A stretch of DNA of 64,000 nt, taken from contig NW_024704783.1 in the NCBI RefSeq assembly GCF_018977255.1, positions 62,001-126,000 on the forward strand, in the 5' to 3' direction. Each line of letters starts with the position of its first letter. Positions within the stretch are counted from its first letter, which is position 1. The stretch is from Callorhinchus milii. Lineage: Eukaryota. A program made the translations under genes and the position numbers. Under the pieces are notes generated by a model. The model saw nothing but the letters and a program-made list of their open reading frames with translations. It was not told the DNA's origin and did not search any database. This document shows positions 38,732-51,299 of this stretch, in pieces.

Positions 38732-41700
38732 GAAGGAAGCTGGTTCTGGAACATTTTTGCAGGAACCAGGACTCTGTTGAGCGGACAAATAATTACAACA
38801 TAAGTCAGTGTATTCCGGCTAGATGTGTGGGTTGGGTGTGGGCATGGGTTTGGGGCTGTGGGTACTGGGTATGTCTAAGTATTTGGCGCCGAGCAAGTTT
38901 TGCATTGTTTGGCTAGATCCCTGCTTTTTGGCCGTTTAGAATTATCCTATACGTTATTGATTTGCCCTGCAGGATTAACAAGATCTAATCTGAACGAATC
39001 TCAAATGACTTCCTTGACCAGTGCCCCTCTCGTCCTAACCATGAGGCAGGCAATGTGGCTGGTTTGTCAACAGCAGGGACTAGAGTAATGAAGACCGACT
39101 TGTCTCAGGAACAGAAATGATCGAGCCCATCACAAAGTCTTCACGCACTTCCCATATTGTGTTGCCAAATGTTCCAAACTGGAGTCAGTTGAGGACCAAT
39201 GAGACACCTATACAACTCTCCTGGCCTCCAGAACCAAAGCCAAATGATGAGACAACGAATGCACATACCATTGACAACGTTGAGCAAATTAACTTCAACA
39301 AATACTGGGCTGAATCCTTCTGCTCCAGGTCACTGCGGTTCAAACAACATTTACAAGAAATCATTGATAATCGCCACGTGATGATCTGAAATGAAGTTAT
39401 TTTCTGATGTGCAGGAAGCACCTGCAGTTTCTGGGTCTAATTTCAACCGGTTTGCTCTTATTATGAATCTAACCCGAAACCTTCTGATGGAAACAGGTTA
39501 AAAATATCACACCAAACAACACAAAGTTTTTTCCGTCCATGCGTTATGACTATATAAATAAAATAATTGTCAAAGGATCAGATATGATTCTCCAATGGAA
39601 ATAAAAACTGTTTGTAATTATGAGTGAATATTTCCTACTACAGCAGCGACTTTAGCTGACAACGGATCATCAGCAATCACCAGAATATATGTGCTACAAA
39701 GGTTACATCTCCTACAAGTTAATATTTAACTAAAATATCTAGAATATTTAACGTTTCTGTCAGTGTAATCTTCCCACATAATTTGTACATTTGAGAATAG
39801 AAACCAATGTTTGAAACACGTTACAGGTGAACTAGCACCAGAGAGAATAACAACTCCATTTTTTATCATGGAAGTTATATTACAAACTTGCAGCTACATG
39901 ATTATCAAGCGTGTCTGCAGAACAGCATCTTTTCATTTAATAAAATTGATGGTCTCTAAACGCTCATTGAAAATATGTTGTAGAGATTATTAGTATGAAG
40001 CCAAATGATTCAGGAAATATTATAACTTTCAGGGTAACTGAGTTTACCCTTAACGTTGTCCATCAACATGACTCGTTTGGCTCATTCCCCATATTGAGAC
40101 TTCAAATTCAGATTATATTGCTAAACGCACGCATTAATCTGGCTCAGTGCCAGCACTCTCGCCTCTCAGTCAGGAAGCCGTGGGTTCAAGCCCTATGTTT
40201 GCATGTGGAACTGATCAACAGTAGGCCGACACTGCAATACATTGCACGCTTGTATTTTAGGAGATTTGGTCTGTCCGTTTCTCTGGATGTCAAACATCCC
40301 ATAACTCTTCTTTGGTACAAAAGTGAATATTTCAGGATATTCAGGCCAATCATCCCCGATTAGCAATAGTGTGTTACCTTAACAATATTGCTTGCATTCA
40401 TTTGGCGCCTGATCAAGTCAAAAAGACGTCTGAACGCGCTTCACAGTATATCCTATAAAGTGAATTGATTTAACACTTTGTTTTAAATTGCGGTAGGACC
40501 AATGCGCACAGCAGTGTCCCACAAACAGTCGGGGATTGAAATGACTAATTTATTATTATTATTATTTTATCTTGAACGTTAATAATGTTTGCATTGCCGA
40601 CACCAGTTTATCAATTTGTTGCGGCTTCTCAAATGAGGATCGACGGCCAGAAAACGGGAAAAATCTATCTTCTTGTTTCGAATGCTCAGGGATTTTTGAC
40701 CTCCACCTGAACAGGCCGACAAACCTCGATTTCATGGCCAACTGAATGATTGCAGCCTCACAACGCAGTCGAAACCGAGCACTGTGTTAAATTATCAGCC
40801 GGGATGATACGAGATCAAAATCATAATGACAATAATAATAATATTCCTTGCATGTGTTAGGTGTACCCACAATCTCTGTGCCAGAGGCGAAACTGCAACC
40901 AAGTGAAACGCACTTCATAGCTGTGTGGCATTCGCCTGGACGGTAGTCACTAAACTCTGCCGTAAATCATGTGAAGCGGCTAAAATATCCTCCGTACCTG
41001 AAAGGCGCTGTATAAAATACAATGATTATTATATTCTTCATGCGAACGTTGTGTATTAAAGGTGTGCAAACAGAAATTAAAAAACAACCTACACTGATTG
41101 AAACAACATTTGGTATCATGATCATTTGGAGTGTTTACTGTTCTTTTGATCAGGGAACCAAAGATATTTACAGCATAGAAAAGGAAATTGCTCCACTGCA
41201 TGTCTGTTGGCTCTCTTAAGAGGAATCCTCTTGATTGCATTTAGTTGCGCTACATTTAATTCCCTTTTTTTGCTGTGTCTCTGGCTCTGCTTTGACTTCC
41301 AGAATGAATTATTGCGCAATCACTGCTCCGGACAGACCATTAATAATCCTTGCATTTGATATAGCGCTTTTCACCTCAGAAGGACGTCCCAAAGCGCTTC
41401 ACAGAACACACTGTAAAGTGAACTGACTGTATATTTGTGGGCGAACGCGGCAGCCAATTGCGCACAGCAATGTCCCACAAACAGTCGTAGATTGAAAATG
41501 ACCAATTTTATTATTGTTTTTGGTTTTGGAGGGATTATTATTAGGCTCTGTGTGGAGTAAGGAAACTTGCACAAGGTTTCGCCCTCTGCCTGGAATTGAA
41601 CTCAGGTCTCTCGCTTGCAAAGCAAGTGCTCTAACCACTGAGCTACAGGACTCCGTATGCTAACGACACTGTAACCAGAAAATAATCTGCTGACATGGAC

Positions 41701-43104
41701 ATTTGCTCATTTTTGTTAGCAATCTAAATTAGCACAGTCACAGCAACAACAACTGGCACTTATATGGCGCTCTGCACACGGGGTAGCGTCTCAGAGCGCT
41801 CCAATCAGTTAGTCACTAATTTACAGGAGGACTCATGTCTCTATATGAGCTGTATCAAAATCCGCGATCAATTGAGGTCCTTCTATCTGGTCATCCCTGT
41901 GTCTTGACTGATCTGCTCTGATTGATCAGATCAGACTATCCACCTCCCAGATTTTCTGAGGTTATTCTGCACGGAGGACACTAGAAGTGGAAGTTGTTGT
42001 TGTTGTCTGTGTGTGTGTGTGGTTGTGTGTGTAACCATCTGTTTCAGGGATCACCGACTGAAGTAACACATTACGTAGATAACATATCGCCAAGGGNNNN
42101 NNNNNNNNNNNNNNNNNNNNNNNNNNNNNNNNNNNNNNNNNNNNNNNNNNNNNNNNNNNNNNNNNNNNNNNNNNNNNNNNNNNNNNNNNNNNNNNNNNNN
42201 NNNNNNNNNNNNNNNNNNNNNNNNNNNNNNNNNNNNNNNNNNNNNNNNNNNNNNNNNNNNNNNNNNNNNNNNNNNNNNNNNNNNNNNNNNNNNNNNNNNN
42301 NNNNNNNNNNNNNNNNNNNNNNNNNNNNNNNNNNNNNNNNNNNNNNNNNNNNNNNNNNNNNNNNNNNNNNNNNNNNNNNNNNNNNNNNNNNNNNNNNNNN
42401 NNNNNNNNNNNNNNNNNNNNNNNNNNNNNNNNNNNNNNNNNNNNNNNNNNNNNNNNNNNNNNNNNNNNNNNNNNNNNNNNNNNNNNNNNNNNNNNNNNNN
42501 NNNNNNNNNNNNNNNNNNNNNNNNNNNNNNNNNNNNNNNNNNNNNNNNNNNNNNNNNNNNNNNNNNNNNNNNNNNNNNNNNNNNNNNNNNNNNNNNNNNN
42601 NNNNNNNNNNNNNNNNNNNNNNNNNNNNNNNNNNNNNNNNNNNNNNNNNNNNNNNNNNNNNNNNNNNNNNNNNNNNNNNNNNNNNNNNNNNNNNNNNNNN
42701 NNNNNNNNNNNNNNNNNNNNNNNNNNNNNNNNNNNNNNNNNNNNNNNNNNNNNNNNNNNNNNNNNNNNNNNNNNNNNNNNNNNNNNNNNNNNNNNNNNNN
42801 NNNNNNNNNNNNNNNNNNNNNNNNNNNNNNNNNNNNNNNNNNNNNNNNNNNNNNNNNNNNNNNNNNNNNNNNNNNNNNNNNNNNNNNNNNNNNNNNNNNN
42901 NNNNNNNNNNNNNNNNNNCACAAAGACACAAAGAAACACACACACACACAAACACACACACACAAACACACACACACAAACACACAAACATACACAAACA
43001 CACACACATAGAAACACACAAACACCCATACGTACACGTGGACACGCGCACCCGAACAACAAAACAGCGCCACCCTCAGCACTGGGGGCACATTGCAGCC
43101 TCTG

Positions 43105-43135
<31 letters not shown>

Positions 43136-43183
43136 TACCGAAACAACAAAACAGCGCCACCCTCAGCACTGGGGGCACATTGC

Positions 43184-43215
<32 letters not shown>

Positions 43216-45034
43216 CGAAACAACAAAACAGCGCCACCCTCAGCACTGGGGGCACATTGCAGCCTCTGACACACACACACACACACACACACACACCCAA
43301 ACAACAAAACAGCGCCACCCTCAGCACTGGGGGCACATTGCAGCCTCTGACACACACACACACACACACACCCACCCAAACAACAAAACAGCGCCACCCT
43401 CAGCACTGGGGGCACATTGCAGCCTCTGACACACACACAGACACATCCACACACACACACTAACAGCGCCACCCTGAGCACATGGGGCACCTTACAGGCT
43501 CTAATCACCCCGACCCCACACTGAGGGCATCACAGACTCTTTCACACACACACGCACACCCACACACACATACACACACAACTGGTGGCACCCTCAGCCC
43601 TGGGGCACATTATAGGCTCTGAAGCGAGTACACACACAGACAGGAAAGCTCAGCACTGGGAGCAACTTACAGGCTCTGACGAACACAGCCATACACAGAC
43701 ACACACGAAAACAACGCCGCCCTGAGAATTGGGGCACATTACAGCCTCTGTCGCACACACAAACACACACACACACACACACACACAATCATACTTTAGC
43801 ACTGCTGGCACATGACAGGCTCTGACACATATGTACGCGCGCACACACATACACGCACAAAAACACACAGAAAACGAGTTCCACCCTTGACACGCGAGGG
43901 TGGGGGGTTACTCTGTACGCTGTGACACACAAGAACACTTAAACAGCGCCAGACTGAGTACTGTGGGCACATTAATTGGCTGCCGCGTTCGCCCACAAAT
44001 ATACAGTCAATTCACTTTACAGTGTGTTCTGTGAAGCGCTTTGGGACGTCCTCTCCCGACGGAAAAAGCGCTATGTCAAATGCGAGGATTATTATTATTA
44101 AATGCTCTGAAACACAGACACACACACACACATATGGACACAAAGAACGCCACCGTCAGCATTGGCGGCAGATTACAGCCTCTGAAGGGATGGACTTCAC
44201 AGGCTCCGACATTCACCATCACACACACGCACAAACAGCGTCACCCTGAGCAATGGTGGTACATCACAAGCTTTGACACACACACACGCACACACACACA
44301 GACACCTTCATCAGCACCATTCTTATATCATATCGACGCTGAAGGTAGATAAGTCACCCGGTTCGAACGGCATGTATCTTAAGACATTGAGGGCAGTAAA
44401 TTTCTAAATAGCAGAGGCTCTGGCCATAATCTTTCAGTCCTCCTTGGGTATCGGTTTGGAGCTTGAAGATTGGAGTGTTGCAAAGGCTACTACTCTGTAC
44501 AAACACGTGTCAAACACTCAGCAGGTGATTTGGTAACCACTGAACTCAGTCATGGGTTCCCATGTTTTACAATAATAATCCTCCGTTTGGCCGCAAAACA
44601 CACAGTCACTAAGCCGCACAGAGTGTCCTGTGAAGAACTCTCAGACTCCTGGATGATGTGATTAGTCGCTATATCAAAAGCAATCAATATTATGACTGAT
44701 TATCATTAGTACTATTCCTGTCCCCACAGTGTGTGGATGGAGGGATGGGATTGACAGGTCTGGGACAGGAGATTTGGGACGGGATAAAACGGGGGTGTTT
44801 CCTGGCTGGAGTGAGCTGGGGGGGAGCTGCTCCTGTCCACACTTCACCACGGTTGCTGTTCCCACCACATGGTTCAGATTTCCTGTTAATCCATGTTTAA
44901 TTGGTGATCACACTGTCACACCGATTCCTGACACAGTATTCAGCACCAAATGATCAGCCACTTTCAATAACATACTGAGATACCGGGGGAAACCCGCCTC
45001 GGGATATTATATTCTCACACAGTCTCTTACTTAC

Positions 45035-45205
45035 CCCAGTCTCTTTAGTTTGCACTCACGGTTCCTCAGAGCCTCACACAGTGGCTTCACCCCCGAGTCT
45101 CCCAGTTTATTGCCACTGAAGCTCAGCTCTGTAAGTGGGTGTTTTTTAATGAGAGTGGAGACGTGATCCTCCATACAATCAGCTGTCAGATTGTTACCCC
45201 ACAGC
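45035..45205 (-). other. Intact 171 nt ribonuclease-inhibitor-type LRR exon
   Basis: ccag|gctgtgggg acceptor, tggg|gtaagt donor; [56 protein letters not shown]. Confidence 0.9.
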
Positions 45206-45749
45206 CTGGAGATCAGGGACAAACAATTATTTTTGGAGGACTAGTTTGCAGTGTTATGGGGAGAGCGCGTGTGAATGTTATTGAATTGTAGAGCTCTTTT
45301 GAAACAGCCAGCACAGACACTATGGGCCAAATGGCCAACTTTTGTACTGTATAATCCTATGAATCTATGAAATGTCAGTCATCGGAGTAAAGGCAGTGTA
45401 TATAAGTGAGTGTGAGACACTCCAGGCCTAAGTGGAAGCCAGAAGCTGACACACACGGGGCAGGTCCAGATGGACAAGGAGACAGAAGCCAATCATTCTT
45501 CACAATGACAAACTTTGAAGGTTTCGCTGTTTAAACTCCAGCCGTCACCACAACACACACTGTGCCCCCACCCACCTCCAAGCCTTGTCTGTTAGCATCT
45601 GCCCCTCATCCTCTACATCAGGCATCGGCAGCTTGGGGCTCGCGGGGGTGGGGGTGAAGTGACTGTTTTACGCTTGTCTCATGTGGACTAATAGGATATG
45701 GGGGGGAATTCAACCTCGGGGTATTATAGTCTCTCAGTCTGTTACTTAC

Positions 45750-45836
45750 TCCAGTCTCTGTATTTTAAACTCCGGGTTCCTAAGAGCCTCACACAGTCGC
45801 TTCACTCCAGAATCTCTCAGACAATTGCCCCCCAGC
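45750..45836 (-). other. Intact 87 nt LRR exon (also 27775-27861)
   Basis: tttccag|g acceptor, |gtaagt donor; LGGNCLRDSGVKRLCEALRNPEFKIQRL. Confidence 0.88.
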
Positions 45837-48800
45837 CTGGAAAGAGGTACAGTAACACAGTGAATATACTGTAACAAGACAATAGACATTGCCATCTATA
45901 TACAGGAGCCTTTCCCGTGGGGAGCAGGTCCCGTGGCTCTGGGACCAGAATCAGACAAACCGGAACGTGCAAACACACACGTTGTTCCTAAGTCGTGGTT
46001 GATCCGAAAACAGCTGACATTTACATTACATTCACGTGGGGTAATGTCTCAGAGCTTTACAGGGATCAGGTTAGAAGCTTCGAGCGCCCACCAGTCTCTG
46101 TGACAACAACAGCAACACATTATATTTACACTGCACCTTTCACGTCAGGAGGACGTCCCAAGGCACTGGGCAATGAGAGGTTTTCACCCGAGCTGGGGTT
46201 CGGGATCAGAGAGGGTGGAAGGCAGGGAATTCGGATGAAAGAATGACCGAAGAGGAAGGGTTTGGGATGGGCTGTGAAGGAGGTGAGGGCCGGGCCGAGG
46301 CGGAAAGGGTTCTGGGATGGAGTTGGAGGGATTGGGGGCAGAGAGGCTGAGGGCCTGACTGTCGATGGTGGAGTGGGCAGCGCGGGGGACAGGTGGATCA
46401 GGTCAATGTCCGCCGAGCAGAGGGAGCGGACAGGCTGGTAACGTTGGCATACACCAGTTCCTCCTACTCACTCACCCCAGGGTATCAAGTCCCTGGGTTA
46501 GCTCCTGACCCCTCGAGGCATTTCTCCTTCTCTGTGTCCTCGAGATCAGGCACCACAGCACTCACTCCCCGCACTCAACAGCCAAGTCTCCTCCGGCCCA
46601 GGTGACGAGGACACAGGCTGCCTTTGACCTGTCCTCGGGGCAGTAGGTCCTCCCTGTGTTGCCGTCCAGAGCAGACAGAGCTTCCTGGGATCTCCCCACA
46701 GCCTGTGTCTGACACAGTGATAGGTACAAACAGAGTAAACTTATTGCAACTCCTGACACATGTGCAGAACAGGAACCCGACGCTGGATATCCTCTTCCTG
46801 AATGTAGCAGCTCCTCAGATCCAGTAGGTGTCTGGTGTCACACAGTGCAATGGCCTGAGACATCACAACACAGTTTATCGGTGTCAGCCTCAATGCTTTC
46901 TCTGCAGACTCATCACCCAACGCCAGTGTTTGTACAGAGCCCAGTGTGAGCAGTGCCAGGGCTTGATTATGAGACTCAAACAGGTAGTGGAGTGTGTTCA
47001 GCAGCTTCCTTTTCCCAGTGACGTCTGTGTCTCTGATGTGAGCTTTAAACTTCTCCTTCAACCAGTCGATCACCGTCTGGGTTGTCTGATGGACAAATAG
47101 CCCCAGAAACTCCTCCAGTGGCTGAGCTGCCCGTGGGGAGGAGAGACACGCAACAAAGCCCAGGAATACCTCAAACCGACCATCCTCCACCCTGTGACCT
47201 TCACTCAGGGTTCTCCGCAGATGGATTTTGAGGTAGAAACCAGCGATTGCGGCGACAAACTCCTGGATGGTGAGGTGCGGGAATGTGCAGACGACGCTGT
47301 GCTCTGAACACTCTCTCTCCACAAGTTCCATGAGAAAACCAGAGAGGAACTGGGAAGGTTGGAGGTCAGATTTGATCAGATCTTCATCATTAAAGACAAT
47401 GTTTCTCTAGGAGACTCCAGTGAAGGCCATGGCACCAATCTTCAGCATCACATCACGGGGGCTTTCCATCTTGACACTGTGATACGTTAGAATGTGGTAA
47501 ATATAACAGAAGAGTTGTGTGATAGTCTTGGGAACTCGCTGTCTGTCGCTGTGTTTCCCTGTAAAGAAGGTAACCAGAGCAGAGCGAGGATCCAGCAGTA
47601 GAATGGGTTGTAGCACATGATGAACAGTAACTCGATCGGCTCCGCGTGACTGTAAACAGCAGCCGCCACCTCCGGATCTTCAAAGAACCTGTGCAAATAT
47701 TCCTTTCTCTCTTCACCCACAAACCCCAGGATTTCAGCCGAGACACTGACCTGAGCCTTTGCCAATAAATGCAGTGCAGTGGGGCGGCTGGTCCCCAGCA
47801 CTGAGATCCTGGCAGCAGCTTTTGCTGTATTAAACTGTACACAATGTCAGACACTTTACAGCAGAATTCAGCGTCTGTGCACCTGCGCTGAGTCTCTGTG
47901 TCTCTCCGATTGTCACCGAAATCAATCCTTGCCCTGAATTCATCCAAACCATCAAATATAAAGTGCAATGCCTCTGCTTGTTTCCACAGCTCGTCCAGAA
48001 CATCCCTGAGGTAGGGATACTACTCCACGGTCAGATGGCTCAGGGTTGTTCTGCCGTCATGTGTATTTAGGTCTCGGAAATTAAAAACAAAAACAAAACG
48101 AAAGTGAGGGTAGATTTTGCCTGTGGTGCAGTCATGGACAATTTTTGGAACCATGGTTGTTTTTCCAATCCCAGCGACTCCACATACTACTGCGGAAGTC
48201 CCTGTGGGAGAGTCAGAACCTCTTCCGTGGGAGGAAGGTAAATGACTTCCTTTCGAGAAGCTGCTGTGGAACAGTTTATCAGTTCGGAATTTTTCCAGCT
48301 CTCACCGGAGCTCCTTCCCTCTCCACTCATCATGGTCTCTGCCTCTCTACAGCAGCTCATGTTCTACCAGTTTCCGGTGACGCAGATCAGAAATGATGGT
48401 TACCTCCGTGTAGCGATCAACCAGCTGAAACTTCTTCAGCTGCTCTTTGATGAGGATGGTCTTCACTTCCAGCCTTTCACTTTGTTTCTGTGGCGTCTCC
48501 TTGTGCCGTCGTTGAGCATCTTCAATGAGAGCATTGACTCAGGGGTTAAGACACACCTCCAACACCAACCTGAAGGCAGCGGCACAACACCGTGTGGATT
48601 GTCAGTTGAGATGATGGCGACAGTTGTTGGAGTCTCAGTCACAGAGGTAGACTTCAAAAAAACTTTCAATACAGACACAGATACAGACTAAGGAGCAGAG
48701 GAGGTGAACAGAACAAGGCTGGAAAAAGAAGGAGCTAAGAATGGATGCAAGAGAGTCAGCATATGTAGGGGAGACTGAGCATATTCAAGCCAATCTGCAG

Positions 48801-51299
48801 GAGCCAGGGTGACTGTGAAACCTGGTGTGGGTGTATGTAATGGACATGTGAAGCTTGAGGGTTGAGAGCAGCTGAATTATGGATGAGTTGGAAACTAGTG
48901 GATGGTGAAGCGGGAGAGGGCGGCCAGTTGGGGGACAATATAATCAAACTGAAGTCCCTGCAATTCACCTCCCAGCTCATAAGTAGTTTCTGGAAATCTT
49001 AGTGTAAGTGGTAAAGATTCAATCTCTGCATTTTAGAAATGAATTCATTGGTTACACCGTGAACTGGTCACATAACTTTAAGATTGCTGGGCACCTCTGG
49101 TACACGTTGGTCGATTATCACCTGGTTTATCGGACTGGCACCTGTGTGTAGAGAGTGATGTCCATTAATTACCGTGAATGTCTCCATGTTGTCTCAGTTA
49201 AAATATGTAATCGATGAGTGATTGGCATCCCTTAAAAATTGTACTCTACCTTGTTACTGTATTTCAGTCAATATTTTCTTCATTTTGGGCAAAATCTGCT
49301 TCATTTCCTCAAAGGATTCCCACATCTCTCTCGAGATCCGAGAAACTTTCACCAGCACCAGGTTGAGAAGATGTTTGGAGCTTTTCTCTTCTGCCCGCTG
49401 TGTGTGAACTCAATGGGTGTCTACAGAGAGCGAGCATTAATATATTGAAGAGCAAAAAAAANGGTGAGCTCTGATTGTGATTAGGAAATGGCCAGTTCGA
49501 TCATGGTATATCTCCTCATGCTGAGTGAGGCTCCACAGCCACAGTTTGCCCTCCATTACCCCACCCATAGGCTTACTATTCACACATGAGGTTTGGCAGT
49601 GAGTTTAATTTAGACAGCAACACAGCCAAGCCTGACCTCTCCTCACCGGCCTCTCATACACTGTGAGCTGGAGCTTTAACTGCCATACAATGGACAATCT
49701 GTAAAGGAATCAAATTAAAGCAATGTTCCAGGGAAATGTGTAACACATAGTCCCGGCATCAACTGGTGTAATTTTTCCAATATTATAATCTTTCTCTGCA
49801 TCTACATGTCCTGCTTCATGGATGTCATATTTTGTTTCTGTAACGAGGCCGGAACGTGGACAAAATCCTGATATTTTCCCTCCATCTCATCTCCTCTAAC
49901 CCAGATTCCCACCACCTCATCCCCTCTATCCCGGAGCCGCTCCACCTGAAACCTCTATTCCAGAGTCCCTCCACCTCATCCAGTCTCGCCTAAAACATTC
50001 ACAACAACAACAAGATTACATTTGAATAGAGCCTTTCACGTCGGGAGGACGTCCCACACAGGTTTCTGAGGCAAAGAAGCTGCTTCCCGAAGGCAGAGTC
50101 TCAACTACGTATGAATTATCAGATGGGAGAGTGGTGTCTGTCCCTCTATCCCATTAATTTCTGTATATAAACTGGATAGTGGTTTTGTCGTCCACAATCG
50201 ATCCTGCGCTCAACTGGTCAATGTGGGATTGGGTATAAAATATCACAAACGTGAAAGCTATAAAATCAAAGTGGTTTTGAATGGAAACACTTGGCACCAC
50301 AAACATAGAGACATGTACCAAATAAGATTAGTTCTTCTCAGCTGACCACGTACTTGATGTTCCTGCTACCTGAGATATTCCTTCCTTGTCAGCAGTGAGA
50401 TGACGGCCTCCATGTCTTCCTCAAGGGCCTGTTCTATTCTCTCCCGGTAGAACTCAGTGAGTGTGAACAGCTGATGTCCCTCGTACAGGTCGAGGATCTC
50501 AGAGAATTTGGCCATTAAATCTTTCGGCAACAAGTCATACAATTAAACTCATTCCATACTTCAATGCACGTTCATATCTTAAATATATTTCATAATGCTT
50601 CTCTATATGTCAGCCTGGTTCAGTGGCAACACACTTGTCTCTAAGCCAGAAGGTTGTGGTGATATTTCAGGATATTAAATCACATTAAATCTGACTCTCC
50701 AAAGCTTTGCTGGAGATGTGCTGCATTGTTGCACACAGCATCCTTCAGATAAGACACCTCGCTTGTGAGGTGAGCATTTTACCAATATGCTGCAGGAGTT
50801 TGGAGTCCTGGGTTTGATTCCCAAGCGGGTCAAAACCTTTGGCAAGTTTCCTTACTCCACACACCTCTGTTTACCGAGCAGTAATCAGGAATCCAGTTGA
50901 TTGGAAGATCACTTTCAGTGGACAAAATAATTTTTAGAAACATAATAATTTGGTCACTCAATTCATGACTATTTGTGTGTGACACTGCTCTGGCCAATTG
51001 GCTGCTGGGTTTTTTGCCCACAAAATAAACACTCAGTTCGCTTTACAGTCTTTTCTGTGAAAGGATTTGAGACGCATAAACCACCTGACAATGTGTTACA
51101 TGAAATGCAAAGATTAGTATTATTGATTATTATAATGGATAATAAATTGAAGTCCCGTGTGAGTTTTGGTTGGTCAGCAATGATCCAACGGCCAAATGAG
51201 AACAGTGGTGTTCTTGCCAACAATGCTCCAAAATAAATTCACTCACTCCCTCCATTTGTGGGACATTAATCTGTGCAAACTGGCTGCCATATTTCACCC

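Larger units (their letters stand above)
14565..50513 (+). repeat. ~18 kb direct segmental duplication: 14565-32537 vs 32637-50513
   Basis: Both start aacaagtccccacacactccggctc and end gatctcagagaatttggcc; ORF track repeats at offset ~17975-18060; separated by a 30 N gap and ~70 nt of unique sequence. Confidence 0.95.
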
